The notes under the pieces: model-generated | Database searches by the model: none | Seen by the model: only the letters and a program-made list of their open reading frames with translations | Told to the model about the DNA's origin: nothing | Shown here: piece after piece, positions 46,537-55,651 of the stretch | Layout: the number at the start of each line of letters is the position of its first letter | Numbering within the stretch: position 1 is the first letter of the stretch | Made by a program: the position numbers and the translations under genes | Assembly (NCBI GenBank): GCA_050486305.1 | Contig: JBJHDA010000001.1 | Location: 115,071-179,070, forward strand | Direction of reading: 5' to 3' | Source of the DNA: Candidatus Saccharimonadota bacterium | Lineage (GTDB): Bacteria; Patescibacteriota; Saccharimonadia; Saccharimonadales; SLHW01 | Length of the DNA: 64,000 bases

Positions 46537-47829
46537 ATGCCTTCATATAGACCTGCTCGTAGACGGTCGCCGTTAGTCAGCCAGGGTAACGGGAATCGGC
46601 GGCATAAGCCTGACTATACGCTGAGTATTATTTGCTTGGTCTTACTGATAATCGGATTGATTGTCGTTTATGCTATCAGCCCTGGGCTTGCGGCCCAAGC
46701 TGATCAGCTTACAGAATCGCATTTCGTGCAACGTCAGATGCTTGCAATCGGCTTGGCAGGAATCACGTTTGTAGTAGTTTCGAAGATTCCGTTGAGTTTT
46801 TGGTCATCGATGGTCAAGCCGCTACTCGCGCTAACAGTTATCGCATTACTGGCAACGCAGTTTATCGGAACTGGGGAGGCAAATGCAGCCCGATGGGTGC
46901 AGATTGGCGGATTGTCTTTTCAGTCGGTAGAGCTTCTTAAGTTTACGTTAGTTATATGGCTAGCGGGATTTTTAGCGAAACGCTACCACGAGGGTACGGT
47001 TGATAATTTCCATCAAACGATTAAGCCGATCGCGCTGGTGCTTGCTGCTGCTGGCTTTATTGTGGCGGTAATGCAGAGTGATCTGGGCTCCATGGGTGTA
47101 GTAGCTGGGATTGTTGCCGTGATGCTGTTTGCTGCAGGTATCTCATGGCGTTGGCTGGGCCTCGGTGTAGCATTTCTGTTGCTCGCAGGAGCATTTTTGA
47201 TAGTCGGCAGCCCATACCGGCAAGATCGTGTGACCACATTTTTAAACCCTGGAACTGACTGTCTCGGGGAGGGGTACCAGGCCTGCCAGGCATTAATTGC
47301 GGTTGGCTCCGGCGGACTGTTCGGTAAAGGGATAGATAGAAGCGCACAAGCCTACGGCTATTTACCAGAAGCCGCGAACGACTCTATTTTTGCTGTCCTC
47401 GCTGAGATGTTTGGTTTTGTTGGAGTGACGATTGTAGTCGGTTTATTGATTGCGCTTTTTACCCGCCTACACAAAATTATTGAACGGGCTCCAAATATGT
47501 ACACCAGGCTGATAACGGTCGGCGTATTAACCTGGCTCAGCACACAAGCATTTATAAATATAATGGCCATGATAGGACTGTTCCCGCTAAAAGGGATTAC
47601 ACTGCCGTTTATTAGTTATGGCGGGACGAGTATAATCTTTGTTACGGCTGCAGTTGCTCTGGTATTTAATATCTCTCGATACACAACCTTTTCGGTAATC
47701 GAGCAGTCATCAGGCCTGAAGCAGCGGATACACGATAATTTGTCCAGGAAGGAATATACCCGTGACGATACTTCTCAGCGGCGGCGGCACCGGCGGTCAC
47801 ATCACTCCAATACTTTCCGTCGCCCATGA
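46537..47829 (+). CDS. ftsW: SEDS family peptidoglycan glycosyltransferase FtsW
   Basis: About 10 TM helices, the PEAANDSIFAVLAEMFGFVG motif and GITLPFISYGGTS. ATG 46537 was chosen just after the mraY stop. Confidence 0.88.
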   Translation: MPSYRPARRRSPLVSQGNGNRRHKPDYTLSIICLVLLIIGLIVVYAISPGLAAQADQLTESHFVQRQMLAIGLAGITFVVVSKIPLSFWSSMVKPLLALTVIALLATQFIGTGEANAARWVQIGGLSFQSVELLKFTLVIWLAGFLAKRYHEGTVDNFHQTIKPIALVLAAAGFIVAVMQSDLGSMGVVAGIVAVMLFAAGISWRWLGLGVAFLLLAGAFLIVGSPYRQDRVTTFLNPGTDCLGEGYQACQALIAVGSGGLFGKGIDRSAQAYGYLPEAANDSIFAVLAEMFGFVGVTIVVGLLIALFTRLHKIIERAPNMYTRLITVGVLTWLSTQAFINIMAMIGLFPLKGITLPFISYGGTSIIFVTAAVALVFNISRYTTFSVIEQSSGLKQRIHDNLSRKEYTRDDTSQRRRHRRSHHSNTFRRP

Positions 47830-48943
47830 TATAAAGCAAAAAGATCCTGGCGCGAAGGTGGTTTATGTAGGGGAGCGTGGCGGTTCGTTCGGATCGCTAT
47901 TTAAGCAAGCTAATGACATTGACCAGTCTTTTCAAATTTTTGCTGGAAAGTTTCGTCGCTATCATGGGGAATCTTGGCTTCGACGACTGCTTGATATAAA
48001 AACGATACTGTTAAATACGCGTGACGTATTGTATGTTTCCTTGGGTTTTTTCCAGGCATTATCTGTATTGAGGAGAGTTCGCCCCGATGTCATATTTTTA
48101 AAAGGAGGATTTGTAGGGGTTCCTGTGGGGTTAGCTGCGAAATTATACCGGACACCTATCGTGACGCATGATTCTGATGCGGTCGCAGGTTTAGCGAACA
48201 AGCTAGTCAGCCGCTGGGTAACCCTTCATGCGACAGCGTTTCCAGCCGAACAATATCCATATCCGCCCGACCGAACAAGGCAAGTTGGTGTGATTGTCAG
48301 CAAACATTACAAAAAAGTTGACCCTGAAGCCAAGAAGAAGTTCCGTAAAGATATAAGCGTACCAGCAGAAGCACAATTATTGCTGGTAACAGGGGGGAGT
48401 AGCGGTTCAATCGTTATCAACAAAGCGGTTGAGGAGCTCTACGATAAACTCCTAAATAAATATAGTAATTTATACATCATCCATCAAACCGGAAAGGGGA
48501 AAGCAGGGGAGATAACGTTACAGCACCCCGAACGTATAATTCGAAAGGAGCTTCTTGACGATTTTTATAAGTATAGCGGCGCAGCGGACGTAATCGTTAT
48601 GCGGGCAGGGGCAAATACATTAGCAGAATTTGGGGTTCAGGCTAAGGCATGCATCGTTATCCCGAGCCCGTTTCTTCCGGCAGGACATCAGCTCGAGAAT
48701 GCACAGTACCTCTTAAGGAACGAGGCGGTTCGGCTTGTTGAACAAGCCTCTCTCGAAGCTTCTGGTGATGTCTTGTATGAGAATATTAGAGACTTGCTAG
48801 AGCATGACGATAAAAGAAGTAAGCTAGAAAAAAACATTCACGCGCTGGCGACTGATTCAGCGAGCAAAACAATAGCTGACCAGCTGCTTCAACTTGGCGA
48901 CAATAAAAAGAAAACACTTTCATCAACGGTTGGTGATGCCTGA
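47762..48943 (+). CDS. murG: UDP-N-acetylglucosamine--N-acetylmuramyl-(pentapeptide) pyrophosphoryl-undecaprenol GlcNAc transferase
   Basis: The N-terminal SGGGTGGHITP loop sits right after GTG 47762, which is preceded by AGGAAGGA. The C-terminal GANTLAEF is typical of MurG. It overlaps the ftsW 3' end by 68 nt. Confidence 0.9.
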   Translation: MTILLSGGGTGGHITPILSVAHDIKQKDPGAKVVYVGERGGSFGSLFKQANDIDQSFQIFAGKFRRYHGESWLRRLLDIKTILLNTRDVLYVSLGFFQALSVLRRVRPDVIFLKGGFVGVPVGLAAKLYRTPIVTHDSDAVAGLANKLVSRWVTLHATAFPAEQYPYPPDRTRQVGVIVSKHYKKVDPEAKKKFRKDISVPAEAQLLLVTGGSSGSIVINKAVEELYDKLLNKYSNLYIIHQTGKGKAGEITLQHPERIIRKELLDDFYKYSGAADVIVMRAGANTLAEFGVQAKACIVIPSPFLPAGHQLENAQYLLRNEAVRLVEQASLEASGDVLYENIRDLLEHDDKRSKLEKNIHALATDSASKTIADQLLQLGDNKKKTLSSTVGDA

Positions 48944-49911
48944 TGAGGCTAGGAAAGAAAAAAGTGGCGGACAACAGGCGACGGACCGTAACGGGAAACT
49001 CCTCCTTTTCTAAAAGTGTCAATACATGGGCGCAGCCAAGAGTCAGTGAGCGGCGTGATGCTTTGCATAATCAGCGCGGTAAAAGGGCTAAGCAAGCTCC
49101 GGCTAAGCGCTTTGATGCAGCGGTCATCGTACCGAATCGTTCGGTGTGGAGGCTGTTACCTTCTGCGCTCGCTATGATTGTGATAGCCGGCAGCATTCTA
49201 TACGCGTTAAGTCTTGATGTTGACTCAGCGAAAGTCCGTGTCGTCCAGTGGGACGGCGCTACATTTATTGAGCAAGAAGAGACGACCGTCTTTAATGAAG
49301 CGAGCTACGCTGCGTCGTTTCAGCAGCAGTTAGGAGACAGTATTTTGAATAAAAACAAGCTTACAATAAAGTCGGGTTCCATCTCAGAACATATCGAAAG
49401 TAATTTCCCAGAAATTTTAGCTGCTGAAGTTCGGTTCGGCTTAATTGACAGGACGCCAATTTTAAATATTGTACCGAGAGAGCCTCACCTAATCGTGGAA
49501 GTAGAGGACGGCACAAAACACTTGCTTGATAGAGATGGATTCAGTATGTCCGAAGTTGCTGCAACGAGCGGACTCTTGGATGAGTTGCTTATCATCAATG
49601 ATCAGGTGGGACTGCAAATTGCACATGGCGCCCAAGCCCTGCCTCAGGATACGATTAAGTTTATTGACGCAGTAGTTTATCAATTGCATTCGGCTGATTT
49701 GACGATAGATTCAATGGCACTGCCTGCAATCGCAAATGAGCTGCACGTGAAGCTAGCAGGGGAAGCGTTTGTTGGCAAATTTGACGTGACTGCAGACCCT
49801 AGAACACAGTCAGGTGCTTTTATTGCAAGTTATCGTCAGTTAAGCGAAGAAGATGTCATACCGGATGAGTATCTTGATGTCAGGGTCGACGGCAGAGTGT
49901 ATTATCGTTAG
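48943..49911 (+). CDS. ftsQ: FtsQ-like cell division protein (POTRA-containing)
   Basis: Bitopic protein with a basic N-terminus, one TM helix (LLPSALAMIVIAGSILYAL) and a POTRA-like region. It holds the conserved position after murG, with a TGATG overlap. Confidence 0.65.
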   Translation: MRLGKKKVADNRRRTVTGNSSFSKSVNTWAQPRVSERRDALHNQRGKRAKQAPAKRFDAAVIVPNRSVWRLLPSALAMIVIAGSILYALSLDVDSAKVRVVQWDGATFIEQEETTVFNEASYAASFQQQLGDSILNKNKLTIKSGSISEHIESNFPEILAAEVRFGLIDRTPILNIVPREPHLIVEVEDGTKHLLDRDGFSMSEVAATSGLLDELLIINDQVGLQIAHGAQALPQDTIKFIDAVVYQLHSADLTIDSMALPAIANELHVKLAGEAFVGKFDVTADPRTQSGAFIASYRQLSEEDVIPDEYLDVRVDGRVYYR

Positions 49912-50814
49912 ACTCTCCTGCTCTCACCTCTATGTTCGCAAAATGTTCACATAGTTGAACACGTTGATTTGGCAGAAAAACTATACGCCAATACAAAAGT
50001 AGGGGATTGTCAAATAATATATATACAGAACAGGAAAGTAGGGAAATTGCAAATTTTGAAATCAAATATAGAAAAAAGCAAATGTTTTCACGACAAATAC
50101 AATCGAGCTGTGGATAAGTCAAATCATATTGTATATTCCATAACGAACTGATGGTCGGTAATGCTTCGTATGAAAGCTCGGTTAAAGCCAGAAGGATGTG
50201 CACCTTTTATGATCGGGCGAGTGACAGGCTGAATATACGCCAAAAACGAAAATCCCCCTTCGGGGTACAGGTGCTATTTATCACACAAGGTTAACAGATA
50301 TATAGTCGTAAAAGATATATTGTGCGACATTGCAGTTAGCACTCGGGGGGAGTGCTCTGCTGGCTTCTGCTGTTCTGTATTTTTTATTTTTGATGTTTTC
50401 TTGGCCCCTCATTACTCGTGCTTGTATTTTTTGTGCCCTACTGCGCTTTCGTCCCGACCTTTCTATTGTACGTACTTTCCATACAGATGTTCTTCCAGCT
50501 TGTGTTATTTTGACGAAATGATCGTTTACTCCCAGGCGTATTAAGTTCGTATTTTGTTCATGTATAATTAGGAGCTTTTGCACAACTACGGTTATAGCTG
50601 CACGAGCTGTATGAAGAATATAGTGCACGCGTCGCAAGAACGATAGCAGACTAAGCTTTAAGATATTGTTCGTGCTGTCTCTCGTATTTTACTGCCCTGC
50701 CTGCGATGCTCGGGGCGCTACACAAAACGCACTCTTCCTTTTATAGCGCGTAGAAGGGCTCTTTTATGCAGTGTATATGGTTACTTTGTGCGGAAAAAAC
50801 AGGTAATGGTGCAG

Positions 50815-51855
50815 TTATTGCTGTTCAGCAAGATCGTAGGTTGCTTTTGCTACACGTTTGAACTGGGGCTTGCCCTGGAGATTGAGGAGAATTGTAGTTT
50901 CTTTGACGTAACGACTCTTTAGGACCTCACGGACAATATCGTCACGGTGAAGTGGGCCGCCAGCTTTTTGAAGTACTTCTGTTATGATATCTGCGACGGT
51001 TCCTTTTTTATAGCCCCACTCTTTGAGCGCATAAATTCCTCGACCGACGAGAACGAATCGCTTGTCTTTTATGAGCTCGTTGTGAATCGCTTGTACGGTT
51101 ACGTCTTTGCGTTTAAAACTACTCTTCTTAATAGCCTCAGCGATTTCATTAAAGTGCATGTGTTTACCATTTTCATATAGGATAACGTAAATCTTATCCC
51201 GGATGTTTTTGGGATTTACCATAGGCCACTTAGTAAGCCCCCAGCGGTTATTTAGCGTTGCTATCTGCTTAGATGCGGAGGCAAGCCCTTCAACATGCTG
51301 GACGTCACTCATACCTGCTTCTTTTGCAACTGCCTCGATAGTTGTAGGTTTTCCTATGTTTTTTACGGCTTTTACAACGCTGTCAATTTGCGTTTTGAGC
51401 TTTTTCTCATCGTGGAGTTCGCGCAGACCGATGACGTTACTATAATGGTCGTTTTCATCAAGGGTAAGCAGCTTAGGACATAGTTGTGCAATAAAGGCTA
51501 TCCTTGCCTGCTCTACTTTATCTGCATCGCCGATAAAGTTATTGGCTACTTTTTGAACCGGAGCAACTTTTGTAGTTTCTTTCAGGAATGAAACTAACTT
51601 ACCTTCAAGTTCTTTGATGTGCGGGACATTCCCCTGCTCTGCTTGCAGCTTTAGCCTGATAACAACGGCTTTTTCTAGTTGCCTTACCCGTTCCCGGGTG
51701 ATGCCTAGCAATTCACCTATTTGCTCTAGTGTTTCCTTCCGGTCAAATAAACCGAATCGGCGTGAGACAATCTCCTGCTCTCGCTCTCTTTCGATGGTTC
51801 CAAGGATATCTGTAATGGTTTGCTTGGTATCTAGCGCCGATTCTTTGTCTGACAT
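50815..51855 (-). CDS. Sigma-70 region 4 domain protein with C-terminal HARE-HTH-like winged-helix repeats
   Basis: RRFGLFDRKETLEQIGELLGITRERVRQLEKAVVIRLK is a sigma region 4 HTH. FNEIAEAIKK...LVGRGIYALKEWGY resembles the HARE-HTH of the RNA polymerase delta subunit. Confidence 0.65.
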   Translation of the reverse strand: MSDKESALDTKQTITDILGTIEREREQEIVSRRFGLFDRKETLEQIGELLGITRERVRQLEKAVVIRLKLQAEQGNVPHIKELEGKLVSFLKETTKVAPVQKVANNFIGDADKVEQARIAFIAQLCPKLLTLDENDHYSNVIGLRELHDEKKLKTQIDSVVKAVKNIGKPTTIEAVAKEAGMSDVQHVEGLASASKQIATLNNRWGLTKWPMVNPKNIRDKIYVILYENGKHMHFNEIAEAIKKSSFKRKDVTVQAIHNELIKDKRFVLVGRGIYALKEWGYKKGTVADIITEVLQKAGGPLHRDDIVREVLKSRYVKETTILLNLQGKPQFKRVAKATYDLAEQQ

Positions 51856-51895
51856 GCCTTTTCGTTCCTTATCCGCACCCGCTTACGTTTTACTA

Positions 51896-51924
51896 ATTCT
51901 ATAACATATAATATAAAAAGTCAA
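51896..51924 (-). promoter_or_regulatory. Sigma70-type promoter candidate for the sigma-region-4 gene
   Basis: Minus strand TTGACT (51924-51919), a 17-nt spacer, then TAGAAT (51901-51896), about 40 nt upstream of the ATG at 51855. Confidence 0.55.
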
Positions 51925-52056
51925 CTCCGACTTTCTTTAAGTATATTTTAGCATAAAATAGACGGTCATGCTTAATTTATGACCTGTTAATATCACAGTA
52001 GTATAATTTGCCATCTGTTCAAGTTGTGGAAAAACTAGCTTTCTTTGTACTGTGTA

Positions 52057-54336
52057 TTATTTTCTTTTGCGGTACCGTTTTTTGGCTGGCTTAGCCTTTT
52101 CGAGGAGATTTGTTGCCTCCTCTTCAGTAATAGCTTTTGGATCAATCGACTTTGGAATACGGGCATTCTTTTTTCCGTTTGTTACGTATGGTCCGTATGG
52201 GCCATTCAGTACTGATATACCAGAGAATTCTTTTATGTGCTTGTTTTTCTCTATCTCGAGCTTCTCCTCATAGAATTTCTGGGCTTCTTCAAGCGATATG
52301 GTCATTGGGTCGTTCGGCTTAATTGAAACGTATAACGAATCAACCTTTATGTAGGGCCCAAAGCGCCCGATATTAGCGTAGATGTCCTTGCCGTCCTTTG
52401 TTTGGCCAACCAGTCTTGGTAATTTGAACATTTCAAGCGCATCTTCGAGTGTTACGGTATCGATCGTTTTACCTTCGGGCATAGGAGCGAACTCAGGCTT
52501 GTCTTCGCTATCGGTGCCGCCTCGCTGTAGCATAAGGCCATATTTACCAAAGCGTGCAAAGATCGGTTTGCTGCTTTTCGGATCGAGCCCGATTTGTTTT
52601 GTTTGGGTGCTTTCTTCTCGGGTAATGTGCTCGGATTTTTCGATGAGAGGAGTAAATTTATTATAAAAATCATCTAGCATTTTCACCCACTTGGTCTGGC
52701 CTGCTGCAATTTCGTCCAGAGTCTTTTCCGTATTGGCGGTAAAGCTATAGTCAACGATGCTTGGGAAGTGCTTTACGAGAAAGTCTGTAGTAACAAGGGC
52801 AACCGATGTTGGAATCAGCTTACTCTTGTCTGCACCGTAAGTTTTTATTTTGGTCGTTTGCTCAATCGTGTTATTCCGTAGTGTAATAATTGCGTGCTCA
52901 CGCTCCTCACCTTCAAGGTCGGCTTTCTCTATGTACCCGCGATCTTGGATTGTGGTGATGGTTGGCGCGTAGGTGCTCGGCCGGCCGATACCGAGCTCTT
53001 CAAGCTTTTTTACGAGGCTTGCTTCGGAGTAACGAGGGGGCGAATTACTAAATGTCTCTGTCGCGGTGACTGCTTGTTGCTTAATCGTATCTCCAATATG
53101 CAGCTCAGGCAGAATAACATCGTCTTTCGTGCCGCCGTAGACTTTCATAAAACCGTCGAATCGAAGTTGCTCACCCTTTGCGATAAACGGTTCATCAATA
53201 TTGTCGGGGATTATTGTTACCGTTGTACGGTCCGTTTCAGCCGGCGCCATTTGGGACGCGATAGTACGTTGCCAAATCAGCTGGTAAAGCCGCTTTTGGC
53301 TCTCGTTGTCTCCTGCGGTGCTCTTTGATAGATTGGTCGGTCGGATGGCTTCATGTGCCTCTTGGGCGCGTTGCTGCTTTGTCTTGAACTGGCGCTCTTT
53401 AAGGTATTTATCACCGTATTCAGATACAATGTATTGCTTTGCTCCGGTTATTGCGGTTGCTGAAAGTATCGTACTGTCTGTACGCATGTAGGTGATGTGA
53501 CCGTTTTCGTATAGTCGTTGTGCGACCGTCATCGTCTGTTTAACGCTAAAGCCAAGTCGGCGTGCAGCCTCCTGCTGCAGGCTGCTGGTAGTGAATGGAG
53601 GAGATGGGTTTTTGACGCTCGGGCGGCGTTTTATGTCTTTGACGGTAAGGTTAGCCGATTTCAGCTTTTCGAACAGAGCCTTTACGTCATTTTCAGTAGA
53701 AGGGTTCTTCTTTAGTTCAGCGGGAAGCTGGCTGCCATCGTTCGTTTGAAGATCAGCGGTCACCTTGAAAGTAGATTCTGGCGTATAGGCAGTAATTTCG
53801 CGCTCTCGCTCGACGATTAGACGTACAGCAACGGATTGGACGCGTCCTGCAGATAGGCCCGGCCGAATCTTCTTCCATAATACTGGCGATAATTTATAGC
53901 CAACAATACGATCGAGGATTCGGCGCGCTTGCTGAGCATCGACTAGCTCTTTATTAATTGTGCGAGGCGTTTTAATTGCGTCAGTAATAGCGTCTTTTGT
54001 TATCTCATGAAAAACGATCCGCTTAGTGCTCTCCGGGCTTACACCTAGCGCATAACATAAGTGCCAGGCAATTGCCTCTCCTTCACGGTCTTCATCGCTT
54101 GCTAGCCATATCTCTTTATCTTTTGCAGCTTTTTTTAGGTCTGCCACCACCTTTTTTTTGTCAGTGCTGATTTCGTACTTTGGCTCGAAGTTATTCTCAA
54201 TATCAATGCTTAGGTCTTTTTTTGGTAAATCACGTATGTGGCCAAAGCTGCTTTCTACCTGGAAATCTTTTCCGAGGTATTTTTTGATGGTTTTCGCTTT
54301 AGCAGGACTCTCAACGATGACTAGATTTTTTGACAT
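52057..54336 (-). CDS. topA: DNA topoisomerase I
   Basis: Toprim N-terminus LVIVESPAKAKTIKKYLG and the active-site Tyr context HITYMRTDS. The C-terminal G-x-Y/F-G-P-Y repeats contain no Cys4 zinc fingers. Confidence 0.95.
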   Translation of the reverse strand: MSKNLVIVESPAKAKTIKKYLGKDFQVESSFGHIRDLPKKDLSIDIENNFEPKYEISTDKKKVVADLKKAAKDKEIWLASDEDREGEAIAWHLCYALGVSPESTKRIVFHEITKDAITDAIKTPRTINKELVDAQQARRILDRIVGYKLSPVLWKKIRPGLSAGRVQSVAVRLIVEREREITAYTPESTFKVTADLQTNDGSQLPAELKKNPSTENDVKALFEKLKSANLTVKDIKRRPSVKNPSPPFTTSSLQQEAARRLGFSVKQTMTVAQRLYENGHITYMRTDSTILSATAITGAKQYIVSEYGDKYLKERQFKTKQQRAQEAHEAIRPTNLSKSTAGDNESQKRLYQLIWQRTIASQMAPAETDRTTVTIIPDNIDEPFIAKGEQLRFDGFMKVYGGTKDDVILPELHIGDTIKQQAVTATETFSNSPPRYSEASLVKKLEELGIGRPSTYAPTITTIQDRGYIEKADLEGEEREHAIITLRNNTIEQTTKIKTYGADKSKLIPTSVALVTTDFLVKHFPSIVDYSFTANTEKTLDEIAAGQTKWVKMLDDFYNKFTPLIEKSEHITREESTQTKQIGLDPKSSKPIFARFGKYGLMLQRGGTDSEDKPEFAPMPEGKTIDTVTLEDALEMFKLPRLVGQTKDGKDIYANIGRFGPYIKVDSLYVSIKPNDPMTISLEEAQKFYEEKLEIEKNKHIKEFSGISVLNGPYGPYVTNGKKNARIPKSIDPKAITEEEATNLLEKAKPAKKRYRKRK

Positions 54337-54383
54337 ATGCTCTTCAGTTTACAGACTTCTCTAGGTATTCTGCAAATGTTATT

Positions 54384-55247
54384 TTAACGCAGAGACCAAT
54401 TGTCGGCTCCAAGCGCACGAATTTTTCCAGATATTTCGAGCATAGTCATTGTCTGGCTAAAAGTTTCTGCCGAAAGCTCACTCTGTTCAAGCAGCGCTCT
54501 CCCTTCAAGTATTCCCGCCACTTCGAGCAAGCTCAGTATCGTTGCTTCTTCTGCCGTTTCCGCGAACGGAGCTTTTGATTTGTCATTTTGACTTATTGAA
54601 AATTCTTCCAGAATATCTTCAGCAGAGGTGACAGGTTTCGCGCCTGTTGCAATCAGCCTGTTGGTCCCCTTGGAAAACTGACTGGTGATATTGCCAGGTG
54701 CTGCGAGAACTGCTCTTCCCTGCTCTAGGGCAAAGTTTGCGGTATGCAGAGTACCACTTTTCTCAGCAGCCTCCGTAATCAAAACAGCCGTTGCGAGCCC
54801 TGAGACTATACGATTTCTAGCGATAAAATGTTGCCGAAGTGGTGGTGTTCCTGGGGGATATTCGCTTATAAGTGCGCCATTATTTTTTACTATCATCTGT
54901 GCGAGGCCGTGATTGGTCTGCGGATATATTTTGTCGGGCCCACATGGCAATACCGCGATAGTGCTGCCGCCAGCTTCCAGTGCGGTACGGTGGGCTATGC
55001 CATCGACTCCGAGCGCCAGGCCACTGATAATCGGTATCTGCTTACTGGCTACTTCTGTAACTAATTGCTGAGTTACACTCTTCCCATACGCTGTTGGTTT
55101 TCTTGTACCGATAACCGCCAGAGATTCTTTGCTTTGCAGGGCGTTAATTGAACCAACAACGAAGATATTTTTAGGCGGATTTTGTATCTGTCGTAACAGA
55201 TGTGGATAAGAGGGGTCAGAAACCGTAAGCTTGTTGACTTTATGCAT
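54384..55247 (-). CDS. dprA: DNA processing protein DprA (Smf)
   Basis: Rossmann-like core SGLALGVDGIAHRTALEAGGSTIAVLPCGPDKIYP and a C-terminal winged-helix region. ATG 55247 was preferred over the TTG at 55271. Confidence 0.88.
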   Translation of the reverse strand: MHKVNKLTVSDPSYPHLLRQIQNPPKNIFVVGSINALQSKESLAVIGTRKPTAYGKSVTQQLVTEVASKQIPIISGLALGVDGIAHRTALEAGGSTIAVLPCGPDKIYPQTNHGLAQMIVKNNGALISEYPPGTPPLRQHFIARNRIVSGLATAVLITEAAEKSGTLHTANFALEQGRAVLAAPGNITSQFSKGTNRLIATGAKPVTSAEDILEEFSISQNDKSKAPFAETAEEATILSLLEVAGILEGRALLEQSELSAETFSQTMTMLEISGKIRALGADNWSLR

Positions 55248-55651
55248 TAAATGTTCTTTTAGTATTGACAATTACGTACTTATTTGCTAAAGTATCAATT
55301 CGTAAACAGGTTTTATCTTGTTTACGTACCTTATATCCCCATTCTAGCAGAAATGCTGGAAGCAAAATTATTAGAATGTTTTAGAGCGCGCTCGTACATA
55401 TTTACGTATTACCCTCCACGTAACAATGCACACACAAAGGGCTTCTTGCTCTAAAACATGCTAATCCCTTTAACTTATACCTTTCCTACTATAAACCGTA
55501 GGTAAAGAGCCAAAAGTGCATCTGCAGTTGGCTCGGTCAAAATGGTGAGTACGTATTGTATTCCGAACTCTGCTTAGAAGGCAGGGGGATGGAGGCGCGG
55601 ACACGTAAATTAATGTGTATCCGACGCTTCACCGGGTGGGTTGAAGGGTGT

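Noticed and set aside
50003-50032. A possible dif-like site appears on the reverse strand (TTCTGTA-TATATA-TTATTTGACAA), and another around 50125-50148.
   Set aside because: Only about 6/11 and 4/11 matches to the XerD and XerC arms of known dif sites, and the two arms are not inverted repeats of each other. This is too weak to call without a lineage-specific model.
50433-50466. The minus-strand string GAAAGGTCGGGAC...CAGTAGGGCA resembles the RNase P RNA CR-I region (GGAAAGTCCGGGC...CATAGGGCA).
   Set aside because: The other universally conserved RNase P regions, such as the 3' ACAGAA-N-GGCUUA context at the proper distance and P4 pairing, are not evident. The surrounding sequence is A-run-rich and low in GC, and the resemblance is short. 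It would need an Infernal scan before being believed.
55248-55651. I tested whether the pth-dprA intergenic region could be tmRNA, SRP RNA, RNase P RNA or 6S RNA.
   Set aside because: None of the hallmarks is present on either strand. There is no GGGG...UUCGA...CCACCA tRNA-like ends and no GGAA-tetraloop/AGCAG SRP helix 8. There is no GGAAAGUCC, and I could find no convincing end-to-end closing stem.
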